A DNA stretch of 64,000 bases from the NCBI GenBank assembly GCA_048499675.1, contig JASNZL010000006.1, positions 2,089 to 66,088 of the forward strand. Reading direction: 5' to 3'. This document shows, piece after piece, positions 36,898-49,060 of the stretch (position 1 is its first letter; every line of letters begins with the position of its first letter). The notes under the pieces were generated by a model that saw only the letters and a program-made list of their open reading frames with translations, was not told the DNA's origin and made no database searches. The position numbers and the translations under genes are program-made. The DNA comes from Candidatus Zambryskiibacteriota bacterium. GTDB taxonomy: Bacteria; Patescibacteriota; Minisyncoccia; Phycocordibacterales; WO2-35-19.

Positions 36898-36968
36898 TAA
36901 TAGAGATTATCACATTTGTGTGAAATAGAAAATATTTTATTTAAGCTAGATATTCAAAGAATATTCCT

Positions 36969-37382
36969 TGGCGCGAGTGATCCTCTTTCGCTTAAGCTAC
37001 AGTGGGACGCAGTAGGATTTGGTCACACATATTTTTCTCGCCGTCGCTCGAAAAATTGTTCGACCCCGCCTCTCTTCTGAACTTTGCTAAGTCCAGCCTC
37101 CGCTTCGCTTCGGGCGCTGCGGCTTTCAAGTCCCATCGTGCTTAGCATAAGCACCAAAAGAAAATCCCAGTTTTTACTGGGATTTTCTTTTGTCGCTGCG
37201 CGAGTGATGGGAATCTTTTCCTCAACTCAAAATTTTTTCAGTCAAAAAATTTTGGTCTGGGCACCGGCTCATGGAAATTTTTTGCTAAAAATTTCACATT
37301 CCGCCGTTCAAGTCCCATACGCAAAGCAAGCAGTTGCTTTGCTCACTCGCTTAAACAAAAAGCCCCCAGAGGGGGTTTTGTT
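36969..37382 (-). repeat. Two tandem tRNA-Asp-associated elements
   Basis: 3' end duplicates at 36971-36981 and 37197-37212; inverted T-arm copies at 37125-37137 and 37306-37318. Confidence 0.8.
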
Positions 37383-37384
37383 TG

Positions 37385-37658
37385 CGCGAGTGATGGGACT
37401 TGAACCCACGGCCTTCCGCGTGCACTGATCCACTATTTTCATAATGGCGTGGACTATATCTTCGCCATGAGCATTGAGCTTTTAGGTGCTTTGGTATCTA
37501 GTCTCTACGGCGCTCTCGCCTCAATTAGGCAAGTTCCCTCGGTGTTCGCATATCTTTCGACTTAGCCTTCACCGATATCCCAAAGAGTTTCAATTCGTCT
37601 TTCAACGAAAAGCTGCAATTCTACAGGCGGACGCTCTAACCAGCTGAGCTACACCCGC
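37385..37658 (-). tRNA. tRNA-Asp(GTC), split by group I intron
   Basis: Exon 1 (37623-37658) GCGGGTGTAGCTCAGCTGGTTAGAGCGTCCGCCTGT; exon 2 (37385-37422) CACGCGGAAGGCCGTGGGTTCAAGTCCCATCACTCGCG; G73 discriminator. Confidence 0.9.
37423..37622 (-). ncRNA. Group I intron in tRNA-Asp anticodon (between nt 35 and 36)
   Basis: Exon ends in U, intron ends in G; GTAGAGACTAGA and GATATAGTCCA core motifs. Confidence 0.85.
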
Positions 37659-38322
37659 ACTTTTATATATCTCTCAAAAATCACCCTTTTCCTACCAAGA
37701 AATAATTTTGAGGTATATAGTCCATTATACATAAAACTATATAATTTTAAAGAGCCATAAATGCTATATGTTAAACGATAAAAATTACCTTTCCCTTTCT
37801 TTAATACTCCTTTTTTTATACCATGTTTCTCTAATTTATCATTTATACTTTCCAGAAAGTTTTTTGAACAAGAAGTGAAAACTGTTTGTATAGATAAAGT
37901 ACTTGTTCTCCTGTTCTTGTGGATTAAACCACTCCACACATTACCATCCCCATCAAAATACCCCCTTACAAAATGGCAAAAAATTTATCTGGAATATTTG
38001 GAACTGCTAGACTTTTGGTTTTGTTTTGTCTCATTCCCAAATCGTAGAGATCGTTATACATTTCCTTACTACCAATTTGCAATCTATAGCTAATTTTATC
38101 TTCTTTGCGTTTTTTTACTCTTAAACTTATTTTATGTTCCGATCCAATTGTTTTTTTAATCTCCATTAGTAATTTTTTATCGTTAATATGGATATTCCAA
38201 AAATGGGCACCCCTTTTGTTTAAGGTCATATATCCGTCAGCAGCAAAAAAACCTAAAATATAAGCCATCTCCGGTGTCCATTTTTTAAAGAAATTTTTGT
38301 TTACATTTTTATATATCGGCAT
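37649..38322 (-). CDS. LAGLIDADG homing endonuclease (two motifs; one frameshift near 37970)
   Basis: MAYILGFFAADG and (FVR)GYFDGDG; stop overlaps tRNA-Asp 5' end. Confidence 0.85.
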
Positions 38323-38485
38323 GATTTAATAATATCTCGTGACAGTATAGTTTACTATCCGTAATGTTTATAGCTTTTAAACTTTCTGATAAAAAATTAC
38401 CGCTTCACTACCAATCCAACAGGCGGGAAGGTTGCAGAGCTACTGCGGTGTAAGTACAATTAATATATATTAATTAATCTAAATT

Positions 38486-38689
38486 ATGGAACCTAATGAT
38501 CAAAAACTGATTGAGTTGGAGAAAAAAGTTGATGCGATTTATGAATCCGTAGAAAAAACCAGAAAATATTTTCTCTGGACCTTGATTATTACTCTCGCAA
38601 TAGTTGTTTTACCACTAATTGCTATGATGTTTGTAATCCCCTCTTTTATAAGCAGTTATACAAGCACTTTGGATACTTTGGGATTGTGA
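38486..38689 (+). CDS. Small membrane protein
   Basis: KVDAIYESVEKTRKYFLW followed by a TM helix. Confidence 0.7.
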   Translation: MEPNDQKLIELEKKVDAIYESVEKTRKYFLWTLIITLAIVVLPLIAMMFVIPSFISSYTSTLDTLGL

Positions 38690-38723
38690 TTATTTTGTAC
38701 TTGCACAGCAAAACGAAGTGAAG

Positions 38724-38970
38724 TGGTGCTGGGGGTGGGGATCGGTCACAAATAAATTGCTTCGCAATTTTTCGTCTTCTTACAGAAGCTGTTCACTCAT
38801 TGGGCTTTTTATTTCGCATAGCTCATAAAAATTCTCAATGAGTCTTGCGCTTGGGCCCCATCCCAAGCTCACCCCAGCTCACCTGTTTCTCTTTGCTCAA
38901 CATGGCTCCACTTTTCGATCCACAACGCAAATCAAGCAGTTGATTTGCTCTGAAAAAAATACTTCGTATT
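38724..38970 (-). repeat. tRNA-Met-associated element
   Basis: 3' end duplicate TGGTGCTGGGGGTGGGGATCG (38724-38744), core, inverted T-arm TTCGATCC (38914-38921). Confidence 0.8.
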
Positions 38971-39046
38971 TGGTGCCGGGGGTGGGGATCGAACCCACGA
39001 CCTGAGGTTTATGATTCCTCTGCTCTACCAACTAAGCTACCCCGAC
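38971..39046 (-). tRNA. tRNA with CAT anticodon (elongator Met, or Ile2)
   Basis: GTCGGGGTAGCTTAGTTGGTAGAGCAGAGGAATCATAAACCTCAGGTCGTGGGTTCGATCCCCACCCCCGGCACCA. Confidence 0.9.
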
Positions 39047-39061
39047 AATTCTCATAATTTA

Positions 39062-39748
39062 TCATATTTTAGAACGACTTGCCATATAATCTATGGCCCC
39101 AAGTATTTTATTTTTTAAGAATAATCCCCTCCTAACCTTAATCCTTAAAACACCTCTATAAGTAGCAATATTTTTAAAAGAAGCTTTTTTAAGCTTTGAT
39201 TTTATTAGAGTCGTCTTTGAAAACTGATTTTCTTTTATATTTAGATATTTTATCCAAAAATTTTTTATTTTTTCCTTTTCAATCTTAAATATATCATTTA
39301 AAGACAAGCGAAATATTAAATCATTTTTTGATACATTATTTTTTTGAAGCCATTTTATATAGAACCTTATCATTTGCGGATTGCTGTTTGTAAAGCCCAT
39401 TTCATCATTACTTTCTTTGTACCCCTCGCCCCAATATAAACCGAGCCCAACCATCAATATGTCTCTATCAGTAATTTTACCGACCATTTTTACACCTTTA
39501 TTTTTCTGATCAATAGTATTATGTATTCTTTGTGCCCTTCTCTTTTCTGAATATCTTAACAAACCCTTGATAGACCTTTCCTTTTTATTAAATTTCATCA
39601 TTTTTATAATAGATGTTGATAGTTTTATGTCTCTACACCAAAAACTGACAGTAGAAAAACTCACATTTAATTTTTTTGCTATCGCCCTAACTGTCTCTCC
39701 TTTTAATCGTAATCTCTTTGCCTCACTTTTTATACCTATATTATGCAT
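39062..39748 (-). CDS. HTH + degenerate LAGLIDADG-like protein
   Basis: IAKKLNVSFSTVSFW HTH; GLGLYWGEG and FTNSNPQMI motifs. Confidence 0.7.
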   Translation of the reverse strand: MHNIGIKSEAKRLRLKGETVRAIAKKLNVSFSTVSFWCRDIKLSTSIIKMMKFNKKERSIKGLLRYSEKRRAQRIHNTIDQKNKGVKMVGKITDRDILMVGLGLYWGEGYKESNDEMGFTNSNPQMIRFYIKWLQKNNVSKNDLIFRLSLNDIFKIEKEKIKNFWIKYLNIKENQFSKTTLIKSKLKKASFKNIATYRGVLRIKVRRGLFLKNKILGAIDYMASRSKI

Positions 39749-39834
39749 GAGGTAAATTATACACTAAGGTGTGTGCATTTAAATGTGTTATTAACACTTG
39801 CAAACATAAATATTTTAAAGTAATATATAAATAT

Positions 39835-40177
39835 TGCGGGGTAGAGTAATAGTAACTCGTCAGGCTCAAATATGGTGGGCCCCCTATTGAGAGATTAATA
39901 GGAGCAAATTCGCCAAATTCGGAGAAATCCTCTCCACTAAAAGTGGAAAGACAATTCCGAGCTAAATTCCTTTGAACTTGTCCTGCTTGCCCGACATAGT
40001 TTTAACAACGTTGGGAGCGAAAATCAAAGGATAAATGTGTAGAGACTAGATGGTGAAATTCCAAGTTTAAATTTGGAATATGGTATAGTCCAGACCCCAA
40101 ATCCCAATCATGGGAGCATTGAAAAATGTAGTGGTAAGCATAACCTGAAAATTTTGGTGCGAATCCAAACTCCGCAA
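39835..40177 (+). tRNA. tRNA-fMet(CAT)-type, split by group I intron
   Basis: Exon 1 (39835-39866) TGCGGGGTAGAGTAATAGTAACTCGTCAGGCT; exon 2 (40139-40177) CATAACCTGA...GAATCCAAACTCCGCAA. Confidence 0.85.
39867..40138 (+). ncRNA. Group I intron in tRNA-fMet (after U33)
   Basis: AAATTCGGAGAAA, AATTCCGAGCTAA, GTAGAGACTAGA, GTATAGTCCA motifs; terminal G. Confidence 0.88.
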
Positions 40178-40417
40178 CACGCAAATTGCACATAAAAATC
40201 CAGTTTAAAACAACTGGATTTTATGTTTGCAATTAAGTAGCCACGTGGTGAGCTTGTCCCGTGAAGCTTTGCTTTTTACGGGACATAGCGAATTTTACGT
40301 GGCCGCGATTTCTTTTCAAACCTCACCTCATTTATTGTAAGAGAAAAATTAAATATCGTTTTTCAAAACTCGATTTTCTCCGTGCAAAAAATCATTCTCT
40401 ATTTTTTAAGAAAGAGA

Positions 40418-41187
40418 TTAAATTTTTTTATAGATACAGAACAAGAAATAAGAAGTGTGTAAAGTTAGATTTTTTCAAACAGTATTTTGAAAACAGCTTT
40501 CTGAAAATTAGCAAAGCGTTCGTTTTCAATAAGAATAGCTGTCTCAGTATCAAAATCTATAAAAATAACCTTGTCGTTTCCAATAAGTTGAGTGATATTA
40601 TACTCAAACGGAATATTCAAGGCTTTTGAGAGACGATTCAAATTGTTATGTCTTTTTTCGTGCGTCTTTCGGTTAGTAATTACATATTTATCAATATCTC
40701 CTTTAGATCCAGCTCTCTTCCAATATAAATCTGGATAATACTTTTTGTTATAGGAATAGTCTTTGGGTGATTCATATCGGTATATTGCACCTTCTTATTT
40801 GGTTGAAGAAACTAAGCGCTCATAAACTGTAGCAATACCTTCCTTACCCTCAAAAAATGAAATTTTAGGTTTTTTATCTTTATTTTCAAAAATGTTTAAA
40901 AGGTCCGGTAAGACATTCTCAATATCTTCAGATTGCTTTTTGAGCAGAGAAGAAAGTATAGCTGGAGATTCGGCTTTATAAACTATTCTCTTACCTTTAA
41001 GTGACTTGGAAACAAGATTGGAAGAGGTTAGCTCTGGCAAAGCCCTGTAAATAGCTGGCCGGTGCTTGCCTGTAAACTGGGATAGTTCTGCAACGGAACA
41101 AGCCCCTCTCTTTAGGAGAGAGAAATAGATACTTTCAGCTGTACTACTAAATCCGACTTGTTTTAATATACCTTTTTGTTTTTCCAT
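40418..41187 (-). CDS. TrmB-family transcriptional regulator, frameshifted in 3' half
   Basis: GFS...IY..LL.G..SVAELS..TG.HRPAIYRAL..L; KPKISFFEGKEGI; degraded continuation to ~40420. Confidence 0.75.
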
Positions 41188-41347
41188 AATGTGTAACAAT
41201 ATTAGTACACATTTTATTTAAATTCAAGCTTTTAAATAAACACCATAAGGAAAAGGGGTTAAATTTGTAAGTATCTCGGTTTATTTTCAGCAAGAATTTA
41301 CAGAATATTTTATTTTTACTTCAGATGTTATTTGAAAGGACAAATCA

Positions 41348-42391
41348 ATGAGTTGGCCATCACAAATCGTAATCGTCCGTCATGCAGAATCAGAAGGTAA
41401 TGCTAAAACACCAACTGATTCATCGTTCAGAAACAAAGCAAACCACAGCTTCTCACTTACAGATGAAGGGAGAAAACAGGCAAAAATCACCGGAAATTAT
41501 TTGAAAGAAAAGTACGGTAGATTTGATGTCTACATATGCTCAACCTTCAAACGGACACAAGAAACCCTGTCTGTAATGTATCCCGAGGTGACTCCAGTCA
41601 TAGATTCAAGACTGGATGAAATGTGGCGTGGTATTTGGCACACCATGACCGAGGAAGAAGTTGCAAAATACTATCCCGAAGAAAGAAGAATTTGGGATAG
41701 AGAGGGTTGGTATCATTACAGAGCTCCTGGCGGACAGAATGGGCAAGACGTGGAACTCATCATCTGCTCCTTCCTCTACCACCTTCGCGAGTTTTTCGGA
41801 GGAAAAAGAATTCTCGTTGTAGGACACGGAACGTGGATGATTTTCCTCTGGCGTATCTTGTTTAACCACTCTGTGGCTGAGGCTGAAGCAAAGTATAAAA
41901 GCAACAAGTATAAAAATGCCTCAGTTACCGTACTAGAATCAAAAGATGGTCTTGCTATGGAGCTCTCATTGGAAAACTATGTGCCCCAAGTTGAACCACC
42001 AAAAGCCAATCGTATAAGAAAGTGGTATGAACATGATAGTTGGGTAACACCTGAAGAAGTCCAAAAGGCTACCGATGCCCTACGCAACTTCATGAATACC
42101 AGTGCTTGGTCTCAACTATTAGAGAGTTTGAAAAGAACTCAACAAAAAATCAGAGTCCATGTCTGGGATGACCGATGCGATGACTACGAAGCAATGTACC
42201 TAACCGGAGACGGCTTTGTTAATCATCACGGCTATTTGTACGGGAATCTAACAGAGGTCGTAGAAAACTTCATGACACACGACTTCTATGGAGCCAGAAA
42301 TGAAGGTGGAAATTGGGCTATGAAGCGCCACCCCAACAAACTCATTCCTTGGTTAGAGTTGCAATATAAATATGCAACACTCCAAGGTTAA
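41348..42391 (+). CDS. Histidine phosphatase (PGM) family protein with C-terminal extension
   Basis: VRHAESEGN, LTDEGRKQA, RTQET, VVGHG, NASV. Confidence 0.88.
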   Translation: MSWPSQIVIVRHAESEGNAKTPTDSSFRNKANHSFSLTDEGRKQAKITGNYLKEKYGRFDVYICSTFKRTQETLSVMYPEVTPVIDSRLDEMWRGIWHTMTEEEVAKYYPEERRIWDREGWYHYRAPGGQNGQDVELIICSFLYHLREFFGGKRILVVGHGTWMIFLWRILFNHSVAEAEAKYKSNKYKNASVTVLESKDGLAMELSLENYVPQVEPPKANRIRKWYEHDSWVTPEEVQKATDALRNFMNTSAWSQLLESLKRTQQKIRVHVWDDRCDDYEAMYLTGDGFVNHHGYLYGNLTEVVENFMTHDFYGARNEGGNWAMKRHPNKLIPWLELQYKYATLQG

Positions 42392-42647
42392 ATTTCTCCC
42401 TAAACCTAAGCTCACCTACTCTTCCCTTACACAACAAGGCTTCGCTAAAAAACAGCCAGCATATCCCGCAACTAAAAACGTTGCGGGGTTCTTTTTTACA
42501 TTTGCATTTTTTATAGATGACTCTTGTCTCCCACTTCTTACTTACTTTCTTTATTATTTAAATTCTATATTCTAAATCCTACATTCTATATCCTCTCAAC
42601 TCAATATCGTACTTCGTAATTCGTACTTCGTATCTCGTATTTTGGCA

Positions 42648-43334
42648 CTATATCAAATGGAATTCTTTGAATACTTTTTCGTAGAGTGAAATTATTCGGC
42701 GGGTTTCTCTTTGGTTGAGTAGAAAGTCGCTTCCTTCGTGCGCAATCATATTGCGAGCTTTGTGCGCTTCCCATGCTTCGTCTAGAGTAACAAAATCACT
42801 TTTCTCAACTGCTTTTAGTTTATCCCCCATTGTATCTCCCGGCAATTGTAATTTTTCTAGAAGGTCGTCCAATATGATATCAGATTCAATAATTGCAAGA
42901 CGCCAATCAGATTGATTGATGGATTCAGAAAGTTTAACTATTTTTTCCCATTTTGTTTGAATCTGGGTTTTTGTTTCTACTTTGGCACCAGAAACAAAAT
43001 GCAAAGGAACATTATCTGGCGAAACTTTTGCTTTTTGGGCGAGCCATACCGCATCACCCATCCTAGTCAGAATAAAAGTTCCGACAGCAGAAGCTCCAGC
43101 AATACTAAAACCTAACCCTTTGAAAAATAAAGAATTGGATTTAACAAAATCTACTAAATTGGATAATTTAAAACCAAAAAAAGATATTTCACCAGAAGTA
43201 ACTAGACTTAATAGAGCAGGAAGAACACCACCCAATAGAGCAACCAAAATAAGTAGAATAAAGATTATCTCTACAATGTCAAAATCCCATCCTTTTGGTT
43301 TTTCTTTTGGTTTATCTTTTTTAGGATCAGGCAT
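42648..43334 (-). CDS. Conserved hypothetical membrane protein
   Basis: Two TMs; WRLAIIESD..LD, G.TMGDKLK, AWEAHKARN.IAH. Confidence 0.75.
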   Translation of the reverse strand: MPDPKKDKPKEKPKGWDFDIVEIIFILLILVALLGGVLPALLSLVTSGEISFFGFKLSNLVDFVKSNSLFFKGLGFSIAGASAVGTFILTRMGDAVWLAQKAKVSPDNVPLHFVSGAKVETKTQIQTKWEKIVKLSESINQSDWRLAIIESDIILDDLLEKLQLPGDTMGDKLKAVEKSDFVTLDEAWEAHKARNMIAHEGSDFLLNQRETRRIISLYEKVFKEFHLI

Positions 43335-43383
43335 ATTTATAAATATGATACCAATATACGAATTATACAAATGATACTAATGG

Positions 43384-44798
43384 CTACGAATTTTCACCCA
43401 GAAAGGATTTGCCGATATCAAATAAAATATTTTCATTACTGTGTGGTGCCATTAATTGTATACCAAGAGGTAAATCGATTCCATCTATTTTGGAAAATCC
43501 AGAAGGTAATGATACCGCAGGGCAACCAACAATATTTGCACTCACTGTAAAAATATCTGCCAAATACATTTCGAGCGGATCAGAAATTTCCCCTATTTTG
43601 AAAGCGGGTGAAGTGGTAGTTGGAGTCAAAATTGCATCCACCTCTTTGTATGCGTTTTCAAATTCTTGTCTTAGTATTTTCCTTGCGAGCATAGCTTTGC
43701 CATAATACGAATCATAATAACCAGATGACAAAACATAAGTTCCGAGAATAATCCTTCTTCTTATTTCTTTTCCAAAACCAGTACCTCTTGTTTTTTTATA
43801 TACTTCAAGAAGATTTTCTCCATCAAGATAGTCCGTATTTGATTCCATCAAACGTGCTATCTGATGAAACTTCCTGCCGGCATAACAATATAATAAACCG
43901 CAAGCGACTTATCTACATTTGGAAGTTCTATATCTTTTACTTCGTAACCCAAATCTTTTAGTTTTATTACGGATTCTTCAAAATTTTTTAAAACATCCTC
44001 TCTTATTCCTTCCATTTCTAAAAGATGTCTTGGAATTCCTATCTTTCGTAACTCGTTGCTCGTGACTCGTGATTCGATATCAATACTTGTAGAATCCATT
44101 TTGTCTTTACCTTTTATTGAATCAAAAATTATTTCTGCATCAGTTACTGTTTTGGCAAGAGGACCTATTACATCAAGAGAAGAACCCATTGCCATAAGAC
44201 CATAACGAGAAACGCTACCATAAGTTGGTTTTAGTCCTACAAGCCCACAAAAACTTGCTGGTTCCCTAATAGAACCCCCTGTGTCAGAACCGAGTGCACC
44301 AAGTGCCATATCCCCCGCTACAGACGCTGAGGAGCCACCCGACGAGCCACCCGGTACTCTTGTTGGATCAATGGGGTTTTTGGTGGGGCCATATGCCGAA
44401 TTTTCGGTTGAACCACCGCAAGCAAATTCATCCATATTGGTCCTACCAAGGAAAACGACTCCCTCGTCTATAAGTTTTTGGCTCACAGTAGAATTATATG
44501 TTGCGGTATAGTTTTCTAATATTTTCGAAGCGCTACTTGCTTTTCTTCCTTTTATTAAAATATTGTCTTTGATAGCTAGAGGGATTCCTGTTAGATTTTT
44601 TGACTTTCCACTGTCAATAATTTTTTGAGCCTCTTCTGCTTGCTTTAAAACATCATCATATACTTCCAAATACACATTCAAATCTTCATTCTTTTCTTCA
44701 ATATTTTTTAAATAATGTTCTGCAAGCTCAATAGCGCTCAATTTTTTTGAGTCCAGTAAACCTCTTGCTTCTTTAATTGTAATTTTTGAGAAATCCAC
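43384..44798 (-). CDS. gatA: Asp/Glu-tRNA amidotransferase subunit A (frameshift at ~43860)
   Basis: IKDNI, TNMDEFA.G.STENS, PGGSSGGS, LGSDTGGSIR, RRIILGTYVLS.GYYD, MYLADIFT. Confidence 0.93.
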
Positions 44799-44928
44799 TT
44801 TTTTAATTAATCTAATTATACTAATTGACCTAATTATTCTAAACAAATTCCAATTTCTAATTTCTAATTTTTAAATTATAATTTTATTCTTTTAGATTAA
44901 TTAGAATAATTAGGGTGCTTAGAGCAAT

Positions 44929-45216
44929 TTATAATATTTTCTTTACTTTAAGTAAATCATCTTCTTTGTTTGGAAACTCGGCAATAATTTCTTTACTATT
45001 TGTACCTCCTTCCGTTGGATTTGTATCTTCTCGCATCACATTAAAAACGGGACCAACTTCAACTTCAGTTGCCGTCTCTCCTGCAACTTTTTGCACTTGG
45101 CCCACATACTCCAATATGGAATCCATCTCTTTGGATAACTCTTGCATTTCAGCTTCAGTCATTTCGATTCTTGCCAAATCTGCAAGTTTTTTTACATCTT
45201 CTTGTGATATAGACAT
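44929..45216 (-). CDS. gatC: Asp/Glu-tRNA amidotransferase subunit C
   Basis: VKKLADLARI, ILEYV, NVMRED, KVKKIL. Confidence 0.93.
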   Translation of the reverse strand: MSISQEDVKKLADLARIEMTEAEMQELSKEMDSILEYVGQVQKVAGETATEVEVGPVFNVMREDTNPTEGGTNSKEIIAEFPNKEDDLLKVKKIL

Positions 45217-45287
45217 AATTTGATTTTAGCATTTATTATTTAATTTTTCATTATTTGCAATAACATCTATTTAATTGTATATTTATA

Positions 45288-47745
<2,458 letters not shown>

Positions 47746-47870
47746 TTAAATTTCTAATTATACTAATTGACCTAATTATTCCCCGCCTGCCTAAGATTTG
47801 CAAGGCGTGATGCGCAGGTAAAAACCCCAATTGTGTTAATTAGAAATTAAAATAATTAGGTTAATTATAA

Positions 47871-48440
47871 TTAGTAATTTACCTCCACACCTCTTTCTAC
47901 CCTTCTTGGATTATTTATGTCGCAACTATTGTAACCTCTAGATTTTATGTAAGTTCCCAAATATGAGCCAGTATACCTTTTTTCTACAGTTACAACTGCG
48001 CATGGACCAGATTCATCACCAGGGGTCATGAGAAAGCTAAAAACACTTGTGGGATTTGCATTTCCGCCCAAACCAATTCTACCTAATGTTGTTGTACCAT
48101 ATAGCGCTTGACCTGTACCAGCAATACCGCTACCTGCACAATATATGGTCCTTGGCAAAGTCTCCCCTGAGTATGACGAAGTAGCAAAAGCACTATCAGA
48201 AATTCTAGGCTCAGATGGATTATATCTATATTTTGAATCCCAATAGAGTGCACATTCTAACCCAGAATCAGCAAGATAAAAGGCAATCTGAGACTCTCTA
48301 CCTGACGAAGCAAATAACGTACCCTTGATTGCAATATTAACCATTGCAAAACCAATAAACAGGAGTACTCCCGAGACAACCACAGCTATAAAAAGAGTAA
48401 TCCCTTTTTTGTTATTTGGTTTTTTATAGTTAGACGTCAT
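47871..48440 (-). CDS. PilX-like minor pilin
   Basis: KGITLFIAVVV, SQIAFYLADSGLECALYWD. Confidence 0.8.
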   Translation of the reverse strand: MTSNYKKPNNKKGITLFIAVVVSGVLLFIGFAMVNIAIKGTLFASSGRESQIAFYLADSGLECALYWDSKYRYNPSEPRISDSAFATSSYSGETLPRTIYCAGSGIAGTGQALYGTTTLGRIGLGGNANPTSVFSFLMTPGDESGPCAVVTVEKRYTGSYLGTYIKSRGYNSCDINNPRRVERGVEVNY

Positions 48441-48442
48441 GA

Positions 48443-49060
48443 CTATATTCTATTAAATAAAATTGCTTTGGCAGTAAACACTCTGTTTGTCAAACCTTTG
48501 CTCCACGTAATTCTTACAGTGACTAAAACTTCGGACAAAACAGGATTTCCTGTATTTGGATCTATTTCCCAATTAACTTCCTCTAACATAATTTCTCTTC
48601 TAAAATTAGTTGCTGTCCACCCAGAGCCAGTTGTATGACCATATAAAAAAGTAGATTGATTTTGGTTCAAAAGAGGACAACTTCCCCAATTAGAAGAATT
48701 GCAATATACAAAATTGGAAGAACTTACTGTAGCATCTAGTCTACAAACTCTTCCAAAATAACATGGGTCTGTAGAAAATTGGGATATACCGGCCAACCAA
48801 TAACCGCTTCCTGAATTATATTTTATTAGCTGATTTTCATCTCTTTTATTTCTAATATACTCAAAAACTTCTTGGGTTAGATAAAAAGCCCTGACTTCGT
48901 CTTTAGCTATTACAGACTGGGACAAACTCTGTTGAACAGCAGAAAAAACACCGGCAATCGTTAATGACAAGACAAATATAGCAAAAAGTGACTCAAGAAT
49001 TGTAAATCCACGAGTTGAATTGAAAATTGAAAATTGAAAATTGAAAATTTTTCTTATCAT
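48443..49060 (-). CDS. PilV-like minor pilin
   Basis: GFTILESLFAIFVL; AFYL.QE..E.IRN.RD. Confidence 0.82.
   Translation of the reverse strand: MIRKIFNFQFSIFNSTRGFTILESLFAIFVLSLTIAGVFSAVQQSLSQSVIAKDEVRAFYLTQEVFEYIRNKRDENQLIKYNSGSGYWLAGISQFSTDPCYFGRVCRLDATVSSSNFVYCNSSNWGSCPLLNQNQSTFLYGHTTGSGWTATNFRREIMLEEVNWEIDPNTGNPVLSEVLVTVRITWSKGLTNRVFTAKAILFNRI

Noticed and set aside
38398-38455. Possible SRP RNA or riboswitch (CAGGCGGGAAGGTTGCAG inside an ACCGC/GCGGT stem)
   Set aside because: The stem around the GGAA loop does not pair and the segment is short; no family can be supported by eye
43840-43885. gatA split as pseudogene or programmed frameshift
   Set aside because: Several indels cluster in the conserved AEVSSNLARFDG motif of a normally essential gene; most likely a sequencing error
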